Below are positions 19,858 to 26,907 of a stretch of DNA of 64,000 nt, piece after piece. The DNA is from a virus. Lineage: Duplodnaviria > Caudoviricetes. The stretch lies in IMG/VR virus record IMGVR_UViG_3300032272_000006, positions 19,754-83,753 of that record; one strand, given 5' to 3'. Each line of letters opens with the position of its first letter. Positions within the stretch are counted from its first letter, which is position 1. A model generated the notes under the pieces. That model saw nothing but the letters and a program-made list of their open reading frames with translations, searched no databases and was not told the origin of the DNA. The position numbers and the translations under genes are program-made.

Positions 19858-20250
19858 ATGGGCGTCTACATTTACACACTGCGTGCCGAGAACAAAGTCA
19901 TCGACAACAAGACAATCCACGTCGCGAAGTTCGCCGGCAAGCCCTTCTGGAATGGTCAAGGTAATGGCAAGATCGACCGCGCGGTTGGAATTGCTGACCG
20001 CACCTTCGAGAAGCGCGGCTACCGCCCTGAGTATTTCGTCCTCGAGGGCTTCGATGGCGAAGACATGGAAGTCTACCACAACCTGCACGGTTACACGTCC
20101 TTCTGCGACGACTCGACTCTCGGCGTCGAAGATCGCTGCCCTTGCATCGGCAAGCTGGTTCGCGGCGGAATGAGTGGCTGGGTTTTCGAGCCGAAGGCGG
20201 CTCCTGAGCCAACCTACGCCGACCAATTCGAAGCAATGATGGAAAGGTAA
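19858..20250 (+). CDS. Early hypothetical protein (cassette 2)
   Basis: Conserved leader ACATCGAAACAACGAACACGGAGAC then ATG. Confidence 0.75.
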   Translation: MGVYIYTLRAENKVIDNKTIHVAKFAGKPFWNGQGNGKIDRAVGIADRTFEKRGYRPEYFVLEGFDGEDMEVYHNLHGYTSFCDDSTLGVEDRCPCIGKLVRGGMSGWVFEPKAAPEPTYADQFEAMMER

Positions 20251-20254
20251 GTTG

Positions 20255-20282
20255 TGGGGCCGCGAATAAAAACGCGGCCCCA
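20255..20282 (+). terminator. Hairpin terminator
   Basis: TGGGGCCGCG/CGCGGCCCCA stem. Confidence 0.6.
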
Positions 20283-20355
20283 TTAACGGAATCTTCATCA
20301 CTTTGTGTTATGCGCGAACTAGGTTGGGTTTTACCCAAATCCTAAACGATAGGTG

Positions 20356-20384
20356 TTGAAAAGAAGGTAGCAATGTGCTAGTTT
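20356..20384 (+). promoter_or_regulatory. Sigma70-like promoter
   Basis: GGTG-TTGAAA-17 bp-(TGC)TAGTTT; same GGTGTTGA context as the other early promoters. Confidence 0.6.
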
Positions 20385-20414
20385 ATGATCATCAACGAAG
20401 CAATGGAGACGATC

Positions 20415-20633
20415 ATGTTTGACAAAAAAGCCTTCTCAATCCACGCCGGTTACATCACCTACAACGGCAAGTTCGTTGCGCGTTTCAAGTATCGCGCTCG
20501 TAACGCTCGCGGGTTTGCCTCCTTCATCGCCGCGAACTTCACCCCTGCAGAGTACTTCGCCCGCATGGACGCCGGCGAGCTGCCCTTGATCATCGCGCAG
20601 TCGAAAGGCTTTGCCTTCCCCGCGCCGAAATAA
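20415..20633 (+). CDS. Small early hypothetical protein (cassette 3)
   Basis: GGAGACGATCATG leader. Confidence 0.7.
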   Translation: MFDKKAFSIHAGYITYNGKFVARFKYRARNARGFASFIAANFTPAEYFARMDAGELPLIIAQSKGFAFPAPK

Positions 20634-20662
20634 ATCGTAGGGGCTGCGTTTAAACGCAGACC

Positions 20663-20694
20663 TTAACGATTTCTTCATACCTTTATGCTACTAT
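20663..20694 (+). promoter_or_regulatory. Near-consensus CtrA-type box plus extended -10 promoter
   Basis: TTAA-CGATTTC-TTCA, then 11 bp to TACTAT. Confidence 0.65.
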
Positions 20695-20728
20695 AGCAAC
20701 ATCGAAACAACGAACACGGAGACGAACC

Positions 20729-21172
20729 ATGCTTTATTTCATCCTCGACATCCACGGCGAAGAAGTTCTCGAAGTCACCAGCGACTTCAAGCGCGCCGAA
20801 GCGGCTCGCCTGTCGGGCGACCACGAAGTCACCTCGCGCAACGACATTGAGGACTTCGTCTACGCCGAGAACCTTGCCGAAATGGCAACCGGCCTGACGG
20901 GCGAGATTCACACCGCGGTCGACCAAGGCCTTCACCACTACCCGCGCTTTGACGTGATCCGCGTTCCGCACGTTGGCGACGAGGTGTCCTACGCCTTCAA
21001 CGGTGACTCGTACCCTTGCGGAACGGTGACCGCGATCACGAAGAGCCTTCGTAAAGTGACGACGAGTGGTGGACGCGTCTTCTGGCGTCGCAAGCTGAGC
21101 GGTTCCTGGGTCAACAACGGGACCTGGTCCCTGCAGGGTGGTCACGTCGAAACTCGCAACCCGCACATTTAA
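20729..21172 (+). CDS. Early hypothetical protein (cassette 4)
   Basis: Conserved leader and RBS. Confidence 0.75.
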   Translation: MLYFILDIHGEEVLEVTSDFKRAEAARLSGDHEVTSRNDIEDFVYAENLAEMATGLTGEIHTAVDQGLHHYPRFDVIRVPHVGDEVSYAFNGDSYPCGTVTAITKSLRKVTTSGGRVFWRRKLSGSWVNNGTWSLQGGHVETRNPHI

Positions 21173-21201
21173 TCACTGAGGGGGCGTTTAAACGCGCCCC
21201 C

Positions 21202-21233
21202 TTAACGATTCTTTAATACCTTTGTGCTACTAT
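21202..21233 (+). promoter_or_regulatory. CtrA-type box plus extended -10 promoter
   Basis: TTAA-CGATTCT-TTAA, then 11 bp to TACTAT. Confidence 0.75.
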
Positions 21234-21259
21234 CAATCATCGAAACAAAGGAGCAGATC

Positions 21260-21469
21260 ATGTCGCAGAAAATGGAAATTATCGGTAACCTCCTGCAGAA
21301 TTGCATTGCGAACGCGCCCGAGAAGGACCGTAACCAACTCGCGCAGGCCCTTGAGGACTACTTTGAGATGTTCCCGAACACGCAAATCCGCGGTCGCATG
21401 ATGCAGGAATTTCTGGACGCGGCAATCGAGGGCTCCGACGCTCGCGCGACGTACAAGGTGGCGAAATGA
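21260..21469 (+). CDS. Small early hypothetical protein (cassette 5)
   Basis: AAGGAG RBS. Confidence 0.7.
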   Translation: MSQKMEIIGNLLQNCIANAPEKDRNQLAQALEDYFEMFPNTQIRGRMMQEFLDAAIEGSDARATYKVAK

Positions 21470-21609
21470 AATACTCGCTGCTAATCCTCGCCCTCCTCGT
21501 CACCGGCTGCGCCGGGGACTGGACAATCCCGGCCGCGTCGAACCAATCCCACCAGGATTTCCTGAAAAGGAATTTCTACGCGACCCACGGAAAACTTCAA
21601 TCCCGTTAA
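21466..21609 (+). CDS. 47-aa lipoprotein (not in the ORF track)
   Basis: MKYSLLILALLVTGC signal with lipobox VTGC; ATGA overlap with the upstream stop. Confidence 0.7.
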   Translation: MKYSLLILALLVTGCAGDWTIPAASNQSHQDFLKRNFYATHGKLQSR

Positions 21610-21637
21610 GGTTTTCTTAATACCTTTGTGCTACTAT
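21606..21637 (+). promoter_or_regulatory. CtrA-type box plus extended -10 promoter
   Basis: TTAA-GGTTTTC-TTAA, then 11 bp to TACTAT. Confidence 0.75.
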
Positions 21638-21664
21638 CAATCATCGAAACAAAGGAATAGCGCA

Positions 21665-21931
21665 ATGATTATCAGCCTCTGGAATCGCGACCTTGAATTG
21701 ACCGACGAGCAAGTCGAGCGCCTGCAGACTTGGATCCTCGATTACCTCGCGAAGCGCACGAACGAGCGCGAGAGTCTGACCCACCTGGTTGGCGAGGTTC
21801 GTTGCTACACTCGCCTGAAATTCCCGACGCGCACGACCGACGCGGAAACGATGTTCGAGGCCCTCGGTTTCACACTCGTCCGCGAGAAAAATGCCTCGGG
21901 TTGCACCCTGCGAACTTATGTGACCGTTTAA
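21665..21931 (+). CDS. Small early hypothetical protein (cassette 6)
   Basis: AAGGA RBS after the conserved leader. Confidence 0.65.
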   Translation: MIISLWNRDLELTDEQVERLQTWILDYLAKRTNERESLTHLVGEVRCYTRLKFPTRTTDAETMFEALGFTLVREKNASGCTLRTYVTV

Positions 21932-21959
21932 GGTTTTCTTAACGACTTTGTGCTACTAT
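21928..21959 (+). promoter_or_regulatory. CtrA-type box plus extended -10 promoter
   Basis: TTAA-GGTTTTC-TTAAC, then 11 bp to TACTAT. Confidence 0.75.
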
Positions 21960-21986
21960 CAATCATCGAAACAACGGAGACGAACC

Positions 21987-22301
21987 ATGCACGTAGCCCC
22001 TTATATCCTCCCGACCGGCGAGAAAATGAATCCGAGCAACCCAGTTGACGCGACATACTACGACGAAGGCCAGGTCGCCTACATCATGCAGAAAGAAGAC
22101 GCGACGAAGCCGACTCGGGTTTTCACCAGCTTCGGCGAACTCGGTGGCAAATGGGCAATCGGCGAAGTGATCGAATGCCGGCACGACCAGGATAATAGCC
22201 TCCTCGGCATTATGACCGTCGTCGGCACGGTCGTCTACAAGACGGGCGAAAAGGAGGGCAACGTTCCCGACCGCAAGCTCGCCCATGCGGTTTTCAAATA
22301 G
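21987..22301 (+). CDS. Early hypothetical protein (cassette 7)
   Basis: GGAGACGAACCATG leader. Confidence 0.7.
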   Translation: MHVAPYILPTGEKMNPSNPVDATYYDEGQVAYIMQKEDATKPTRVFTSFGELGGKWAIGEVIECRHDQDNSLLGIMTVVGTVVYKTGEKEGNVPDRKLAHAVFK

Positions 22302-22317
22302 AAAGGAGATTCTTAAA

Positions 22318-22341
22318 CGGGCGTCACTTCGGTGGCGCCCG
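22318..22341. terminator. Bidirectional terminator between converging units
   Basis: CGGGCGTCAC-TTCG-GTGGCGCCCG (cUUCGg tetraloop), flanked by AAA and TTT. Confidence 0.75.
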
Positions 22342-22342
22342 T

Positions 22343-24229
22343 TTAAACGTTCGTGTCCACAAGCACCATAGAGTCCCCAAAAGTAACGGTGTCTTTGTTG
22401 CGCTCGAAGTACCCTCCATAGACGAGGTTGGTATCGGCGCCAAAAGTGTCGAAGTTAATTCCTGACCCAAGAGCCGCGTTGATGTTCTCCCCGGCTGTGA
22501 AGTCATTCCGTATCACCTCAACGTCACACCAACCCGTTCCCGAAAGCAGGAATACTCCTGCAGGCGGTACATGCGACAAGTCCCAAGCCGCGCTTGTCTG
22601 GGTCAGGTATACTGCGTCTATTACCTCAAACGTCCAACCCCCATCCCACGTTGCAAATTCTCTTGCATGACCTACCCAAGCTCCCGTCGGAGTGTCGCCT
22701 ACGACGTAAGGCAGTGAAGTTATGGGTGTCTGTGGTGGGTCGTTTAGGATGCCATCATGCGCCTCAGTAGACGCCTGTCCGCTGTATCGTGCGAAGCCGG
22801 ATCCCGCTGTGATTGAACCAAGCCCGGAAGGGCCTCTAACTATGAAGGCGGTATCCGTCGTCGCCTTGTTGCCCTCAACGTCGCAGCTTTGCAGCATCCC
22901 GACGTTGAAAGCCGCCCATATTGCGCCGTCCGACATGCCCGAGAAATTAACCGTGTTCCTATGCAGCTTTGCATCCCGCAGCGCGGCCCAAGTGTAGGCG
23001 GCGTCTCGATCACAAGGCGCCGCGAACTCGACGTGATTATCTTCGCTTATGACCCTGGTTGAGTACTGAACGTTGAAAGCCTCTCGCTTCGGGGAGCCCG
23101 CTTTAACGGCAAAAGAACATGATCCACTATTTCTTGAAACGTTCACATTCTTCGCGTGGGTTATGTTGACGAAACCTCCCGCGCCTTGGTTGAACACGTC
23201 GAAGAAAACGTTGTCTGTTGCGGTGTATCCTACCTTGGTATTTGCGCCGTTGGGGACCTCAGTAGACGTCCACCCCTGCCCATGTATCGTGTTGCCGGAC
23301 AGCTTAATATTCTCACCCGCGAGTTCGAGCCAGTTAGGTGTCAACTCGCCGCTCTTGATCGTCCCGTCTTTGATTTTAAGGTCACGGCATAGGATTGAAA
23401 GGGTACGATACCGAGCCGCATCGAAGAAGCAATTCTCAAGTGATATTCGCTGATTTATATGACCTGCGGCCATCCATGACTCGTCAAGCCACAACTCAAC
23501 ACTCATCCTACCGCAACCGTAAATCTGAACTGATTTAAAGTCCATTTCTGAGAACGTTCCCACGGTAGCGATAGCGTTGCCTCCCACGAGCGAACTCAAG
23601 TTGCTAGGATCAGGGCTTCCCGTCTCGCGGACAACGACGTTCTCAAAAACGACACCCACCACTGGAACGTCTAAGGTGTTGTTGTTCAATTGAATTGCGG
23701 TGAAATTCTGTTCCAACAGCAAGTCACGGAAAACAAGTCGACCGTAATTCGTGGAGTTACCGAAGTCGTCCTCGGCAAATATCGCGCGGCCCGCAGCCTT
23801 TGAGAAATTGACGTCTTCAATGTGGAAACCGTCTAAGGTCACGCCCGAGGATTTTAAATTAAGGAGGGACGTCTGATCGCTAGCAGAAACGCTGTCTGTG
23901 CCTTGTCCTGCGAGGTCCCAAGTGCCCTGAAATTCTCCACCCTTCATCGTGAAGTTGCTACCTTGAACTCGTATGCCCGCTGAAGCTAATTGTGTACTGC
24001 CGAACTTTATTATTGTCTTTTTGTCAAGTAGAAGAGTTGTGTTGTCAGGAATGACTACAGCTGCCTCACCGGCTGATAGCTGCGATCCTATAAGGTATGT
24101 TCCAGGAGGGAAGTATACAGGACGACCTAAAGCCTCATTGACGGCGAGCTGGATCGCAGCGCTATCGTCCGTTACCCCGTTACCCGTCGCGCCTGATTGT
24201 TTTACGGAAGTTATGAACGCGGAAGCCAC
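22343..24229 (-). CDS. Pectate-lyase-like right-handed beta-helix protein (putative polysaccharide depolymerase)
   Basis: SVKQSGATGNGVTDDSAAIQLAV...VYFPPGTYLI signature followed by beta-helix repeats. Confidence 0.8.
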   Translation of the reverse strand: MASAFITSVKQSGATGNGVTDDSAAIQLAVNEALGRPVYFPPGTYLIGSQLSAGEAAVVIPDNTTLLLDKKTIIKFGSTQLASAGIRVQGSNFTMKGGEFQGTWDLAGQGTDSVSASDQTSLLNLKSSGVTLDGFHIEDVNFSKAAGRAIFAEDDFGNSTNYGRLVFRDLLLEQNFTAIQLNNNTLDVPVVGVVFENVVVRETGSPDPSNLSSLVGGNAIATVGTFSEMDFKSVQIYGCGRMSVELWLDESWMAAGHINQRISLENCFFDAARYRTLSILCRDLKIKDGTIKSGELTPNWLELAGENIKLSGNTIHGQGWTSTEVPNGANTKVGYTATDNVFFDVFNQGAGGFVNITHAKNVNVSRNSGSCSFAVKAGSPKREAFNVQYSTRVISEDNHVEFAAPCDRDAAYTWAALRDAKLHRNTVNFSGMSDGAIWAAFNVGMLQSCDVEGNKATTDTAFIVRGPSGLGSITAGSGFARYSGQASTEAHDGILNDPPQTPITSLPYVVGDTPTGAWVGHAREFATWDGGWTFEVIDAVYLTQTSAAWDLSHVPPAGVFLLSGTGWCDVEVIRNDFTAGENINAALGSGINFDTFGADTNLVYGGYFERNKDTVTFGDSMVLVDTNV

Positions 24230-24241
24230 GTCGCTTCCCTT

Positions 24242-25516
24242 TCAAGCACTTAAGGCTGTTAGATCCGTGTTTGATTTTCGGTCATTAAAAATCTTAGCTT
24301 GGGCGAGATGACCGCCCAAGTGGTTTCCTGCACTATCGTGTCCATACCGTATGGTGGTAGGGGCGTCAGTGGCTGGGAATAGAGCAGTAGCGTCTCCCGT
24401 CTCAAGGGAGCCATCAACTGCCATGATTATATCGTTGTTGGCGTAGGCGGCGGCTGCCTTGATTAAAGTATCTCCCGAGGTGACCGCTGTGCCACTGACT
24501 AAGCCGTCAGCCCCTACACTATCAGTCGTAACGAAGTTTACATTCCTGGAAGTGTCTAATTCAAGAACCATCTGGTCTGTTAGGCCGCCGTCGTCTATTG
24601 CAAGAATCACGCGCCTAGTGGCATCTTCAGTAGCATAGCGTAAACCAACTAGTAAGGTTCCAGTAGCTAAATTGAAGTCGAGGGCTGAAATTAGCTCGAC
24701 TGGAAAATCGGCATTCCGCGTAACCGCAAGTGCAACCGTCTTAATGTAGCTTGAGGCTCGAGTTCCTTTTTCAAATTGCCAACCCCAAGCAACAACTCCT
24801 TTGGTGATGTCCCCAACGTATGGGTGGCCGACTGCCGGGTTGCCTGTGGTGTCCCTCACCCATATGTGACTACGCATGCTTACGGCCAAAACCGATTGAC
24901 TCATGGATATTCTAAACGTCCCACCGCCAACGTCTTGTATCGTTGCGTCCAACGCTCCTGCCGAGGTGCTTTCCACGGTTCCAGCGTCAAGATCGAAAGT
25001 GGCCCAATCCAGGAAGTTCCCGGACGTATCATTTATGGTAAGGGACACGTACTGGCGTCCCAGCTTCTTAACGTACACCGACTGAGTCCAAATCTCACCG
25101 ATCACAGCGGTAACACCAGCGTGGAAGTGGTGATGCGTGTTGTTGTCTACAGTCTCAAGGATAGAGTCCATAGTTGTGGTGCCGTCGGGGGCTACGTGAG
25201 TGTTTGCATCAATAGATGCCCGGGCTGAGATGTAGTTGGTGTGGTCCAGCTCCTCGCTTCTGAGATTGCTGTTTTCCGCCTCACCTTCAATCAGCAGCCC
25301 CAGTAGCTCACCTGTTGCTGGGTCATAGTCAAAACGAGGAACGTCAATAGCAGCTTCTTGCAGAACGCCGGCAGAGTCGTAATAAGTTCCTGGGGATGCG
25401 CGAGTAAAAGTCACGCCACCTAAGCTTCCAGCCGCAAAGTTATGGCTTAAAACTAATGAGGGATCGAGAGCTGCCAGCGACAGCCCTAGCCCCAAACCTA
25501 TTCCGAAACCAGTCAT
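24242..25516 (-). CDS. Head fibre protein (RcGTA rcc01080-like N-terminus) with LamG-like C-terminus
   Basis: Start set at ATG 25516; MTGFGIGLGLGL N-terminus; TFTRASPGTY...PRFDYDP...GLLIEG motif. Confidence 0.75.
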   Translation of the reverse strand: MTGFGIGLGLGLSLAALDPSLVLSHNFAAGSLGGVTFTRASPGTYYDSAGVLQEAAIDVPRFDYDPATGELLGLLIEGEAENSNLRSEELDHTNYISARASIDANTHVAPDGTTTMDSILETVDNNTHHHFHAGVTAVIGEIWTQSVYVKKLGRQYVSLTINDTSGNFLDWATFDLDAGTVESTSAGALDATIQDVGGGTFRISMSQSVLAVSMRSHIWVRDTTGNPAVGHPYVGDITKGVVAWGWQFEKGTRASSYIKTVALAVTRNADFPVELISALDFNLATGTLLVGLRYATEDATRRVILAIDDGGLTDQMVLELDTSRNVNFVTTDSVGADGLVSGTAVTSGDTLIKAAAAYANNDIIMAVDGSLETGDATALFPATDAPTTIRYGHDSAGNHLGGHLAQAKIFNDRKSNTDLTALSA

Positions 25517-25764
25517 TATCGACCCACTCGAATTTCGGTCGCAGTCGTCCCAGTAGCAAGAATTTTCTTTACGCGCATGGGGTGCCACACGCCGACTGCA
25601 AGACCAATAAGGGTGACTGAAACGGAATCATTCTCGAAGAGAACGGCTAGGGTTCCCTCCCCGCCAATGTAGACTCCGCGGGTGGTCTCAAGCAGTGTAC
25701 TATCGTTGGGCGTGATACTTTCTCCAGATTGAACGCCAAAGACAGTGAATTCTGGTTCAGCCAT
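25516..25764 (-). CDS. Head spike base protein (RcGTA rcc01079-like)
   Basis: ITPNDST...RGVYIGGEGTLAV...PMRVKKILATGTTAT; GGAGGA RBS. Confidence 0.8.
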   Translation of the reverse strand: MAEPEFTVFGVQSGESITPNDSTLLETTRGVYIGGEGTLAVLFENDSVSVTLIGLAVGVWHPMRVKKILATGTTATEIRVGR

Positions 25765-25852
25765 GATATTTCCTCCATGTTTTGCTTCAGCAAATACTGA
25801 TGTCAGATGGGGTTTTTGTCAACCGATACGAGAGTTCCACGGACACTATATT

Positions 25853-25870
25853 GTGTGATCATGATCACAC
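25853..25870. repeat. Perfect 18-bp palindrome GTGTGATCATGATCACAC
   Basis: Read directly; a third half-site GTGATCACAC lies at 25959-25968. Confidence 0.85.
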
Positions 25871-25916
25871 TCGGAACGAATTATTCACTTCGTGGTCATG
25901 CGGTCAATGCGGTTCG

Positions 25917-25946
25917 TTGACTGTGCTGGATTCATATCACTAAGAT
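25917..25946 (+). promoter_or_regulatory. Sigma70-like promoter for the replication operon
   Basis: TTGACT-18 bp-TAAGAT. Confidence 0.5.
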
Positions 25947-26088
25947 TTCCAACCTATCGTGATCACACGTTATAGAGCGAACCGACCGCAACGAAAACCG
26001 CATCGTGTCAGACCTCAGTTCGTCGTTGTGGATTTCGGGCCCAGCATGTATAACTGGCTGGTATCAATCGCACCAATGGAGCCAGCCT

Positions 26089-26907
26089 ATGTCCCGCCTA
26101 ATTGTTTCGCCTACCGTGTTCGTCGTCGCGAAGACGACCGTTGACGAGTTCCAACTCAATGATTGGGCGGCGTTCAACGACCTCGACCATACCGAGGACA
26201 CACCGATCTCGCTTTTGCTCGACGAAACCGAAGACGCGGGATCCCACCGCCTCGTCGAGTTCGCAGGGCGTCATTGCTACCGCGCCTGGAACGCAGGCCG
26301 CGAGCGGCAAGAATATATCAACAACATTATTGCCCAGAATCACGGCTCGGTACTCGAGCATGCCAACTTAACGTTCGCGATACAAGGCGTCTCCCGCACG
26401 CTGACGCATGAACTCGTCCGGCACCGGGTTGGCGTCGCAATCAGCCAAGAATCCCAGCGCTACGTCGATGGCAAAGATATCCAGTTCGTGATTCCGCCGC
26501 TCGTCTTGCACATCTCGAAAGGTGTCACCGATCCCGCTCATGACTTGATCATCGAGTTTGAAGAGCAGTGCCTGCGCGACCTTCGCGACTACATCGAGTT
26601 CCAGTCGCAGCTCCGCATGGCGCTTGCCAACACGTCGCGCGAGCGGATGACGATCATCAAGAAGCGCATCAACGAGGCCGCGCGGTCACGATTGCCGAAC
26701 GCAGCCGAGACGCGCCTGACCTGGACGGCGAATATCCGCCTCCTGCGGCACTTCTTCGACATGCGCGGTTCCGAGCATGCCGATCTCGAAATCCGGCGCC
26801 TCGCCTGTGCCCTGCACGACGCGGTGACGGAACACGCTCCCGCGTTCTTCAAGGACTACGTCCAGGAGCCCGGTGAGTTCGGAGTGAACAACGTAGTTCG
26901 CCGATAA
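26089..26907 (+). CDS. thyX: FAD-dependent thymidylate synthase
   Basis: HGSVLEH...SRTLTHELVRHR...SQESQRY ThyX motif; start set at ATG 26089. Confidence 0.95.
   Translation: MSRLIVSPTVFVVAKTTVDEFQLNDWAAFNDLDHTEDTPISLLLDETEDAGSHRLVEFAGRHCYRAWNAGRERQEYINNIIAQNHGSVLEHANLTFAIQGVSRTLTHELVRHRVGVAISQESQRYVDGKDIQFVIPPLVLHISKGVTDPAHDLIIEFEEQCLRDLRDYIEFQSQLRMALANTSRERMTIIKKRINEAARSRLPNAAETRLTWTANIRLLRHFFDMRGSEHADLEIRRLACALHDAVTEHAPAFFKDYVQEPGEFGVNNVVRR

Noticed and set aside
19792-21990. Repeated cassette headers as a CRISPR array
   Set aside because: Repeats are promoter/RBS sequences, and the intervening segments are 200-450 bp ORFs of variable length; no cas genes
19763-22348. Hairpins with GTT...AAC as integron attC sites
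   Set aside because: Stems are short, lack the R-box/L-box architecture and extrahelical bases, and no integron integrase is visible; terminator or operator roles are simpler
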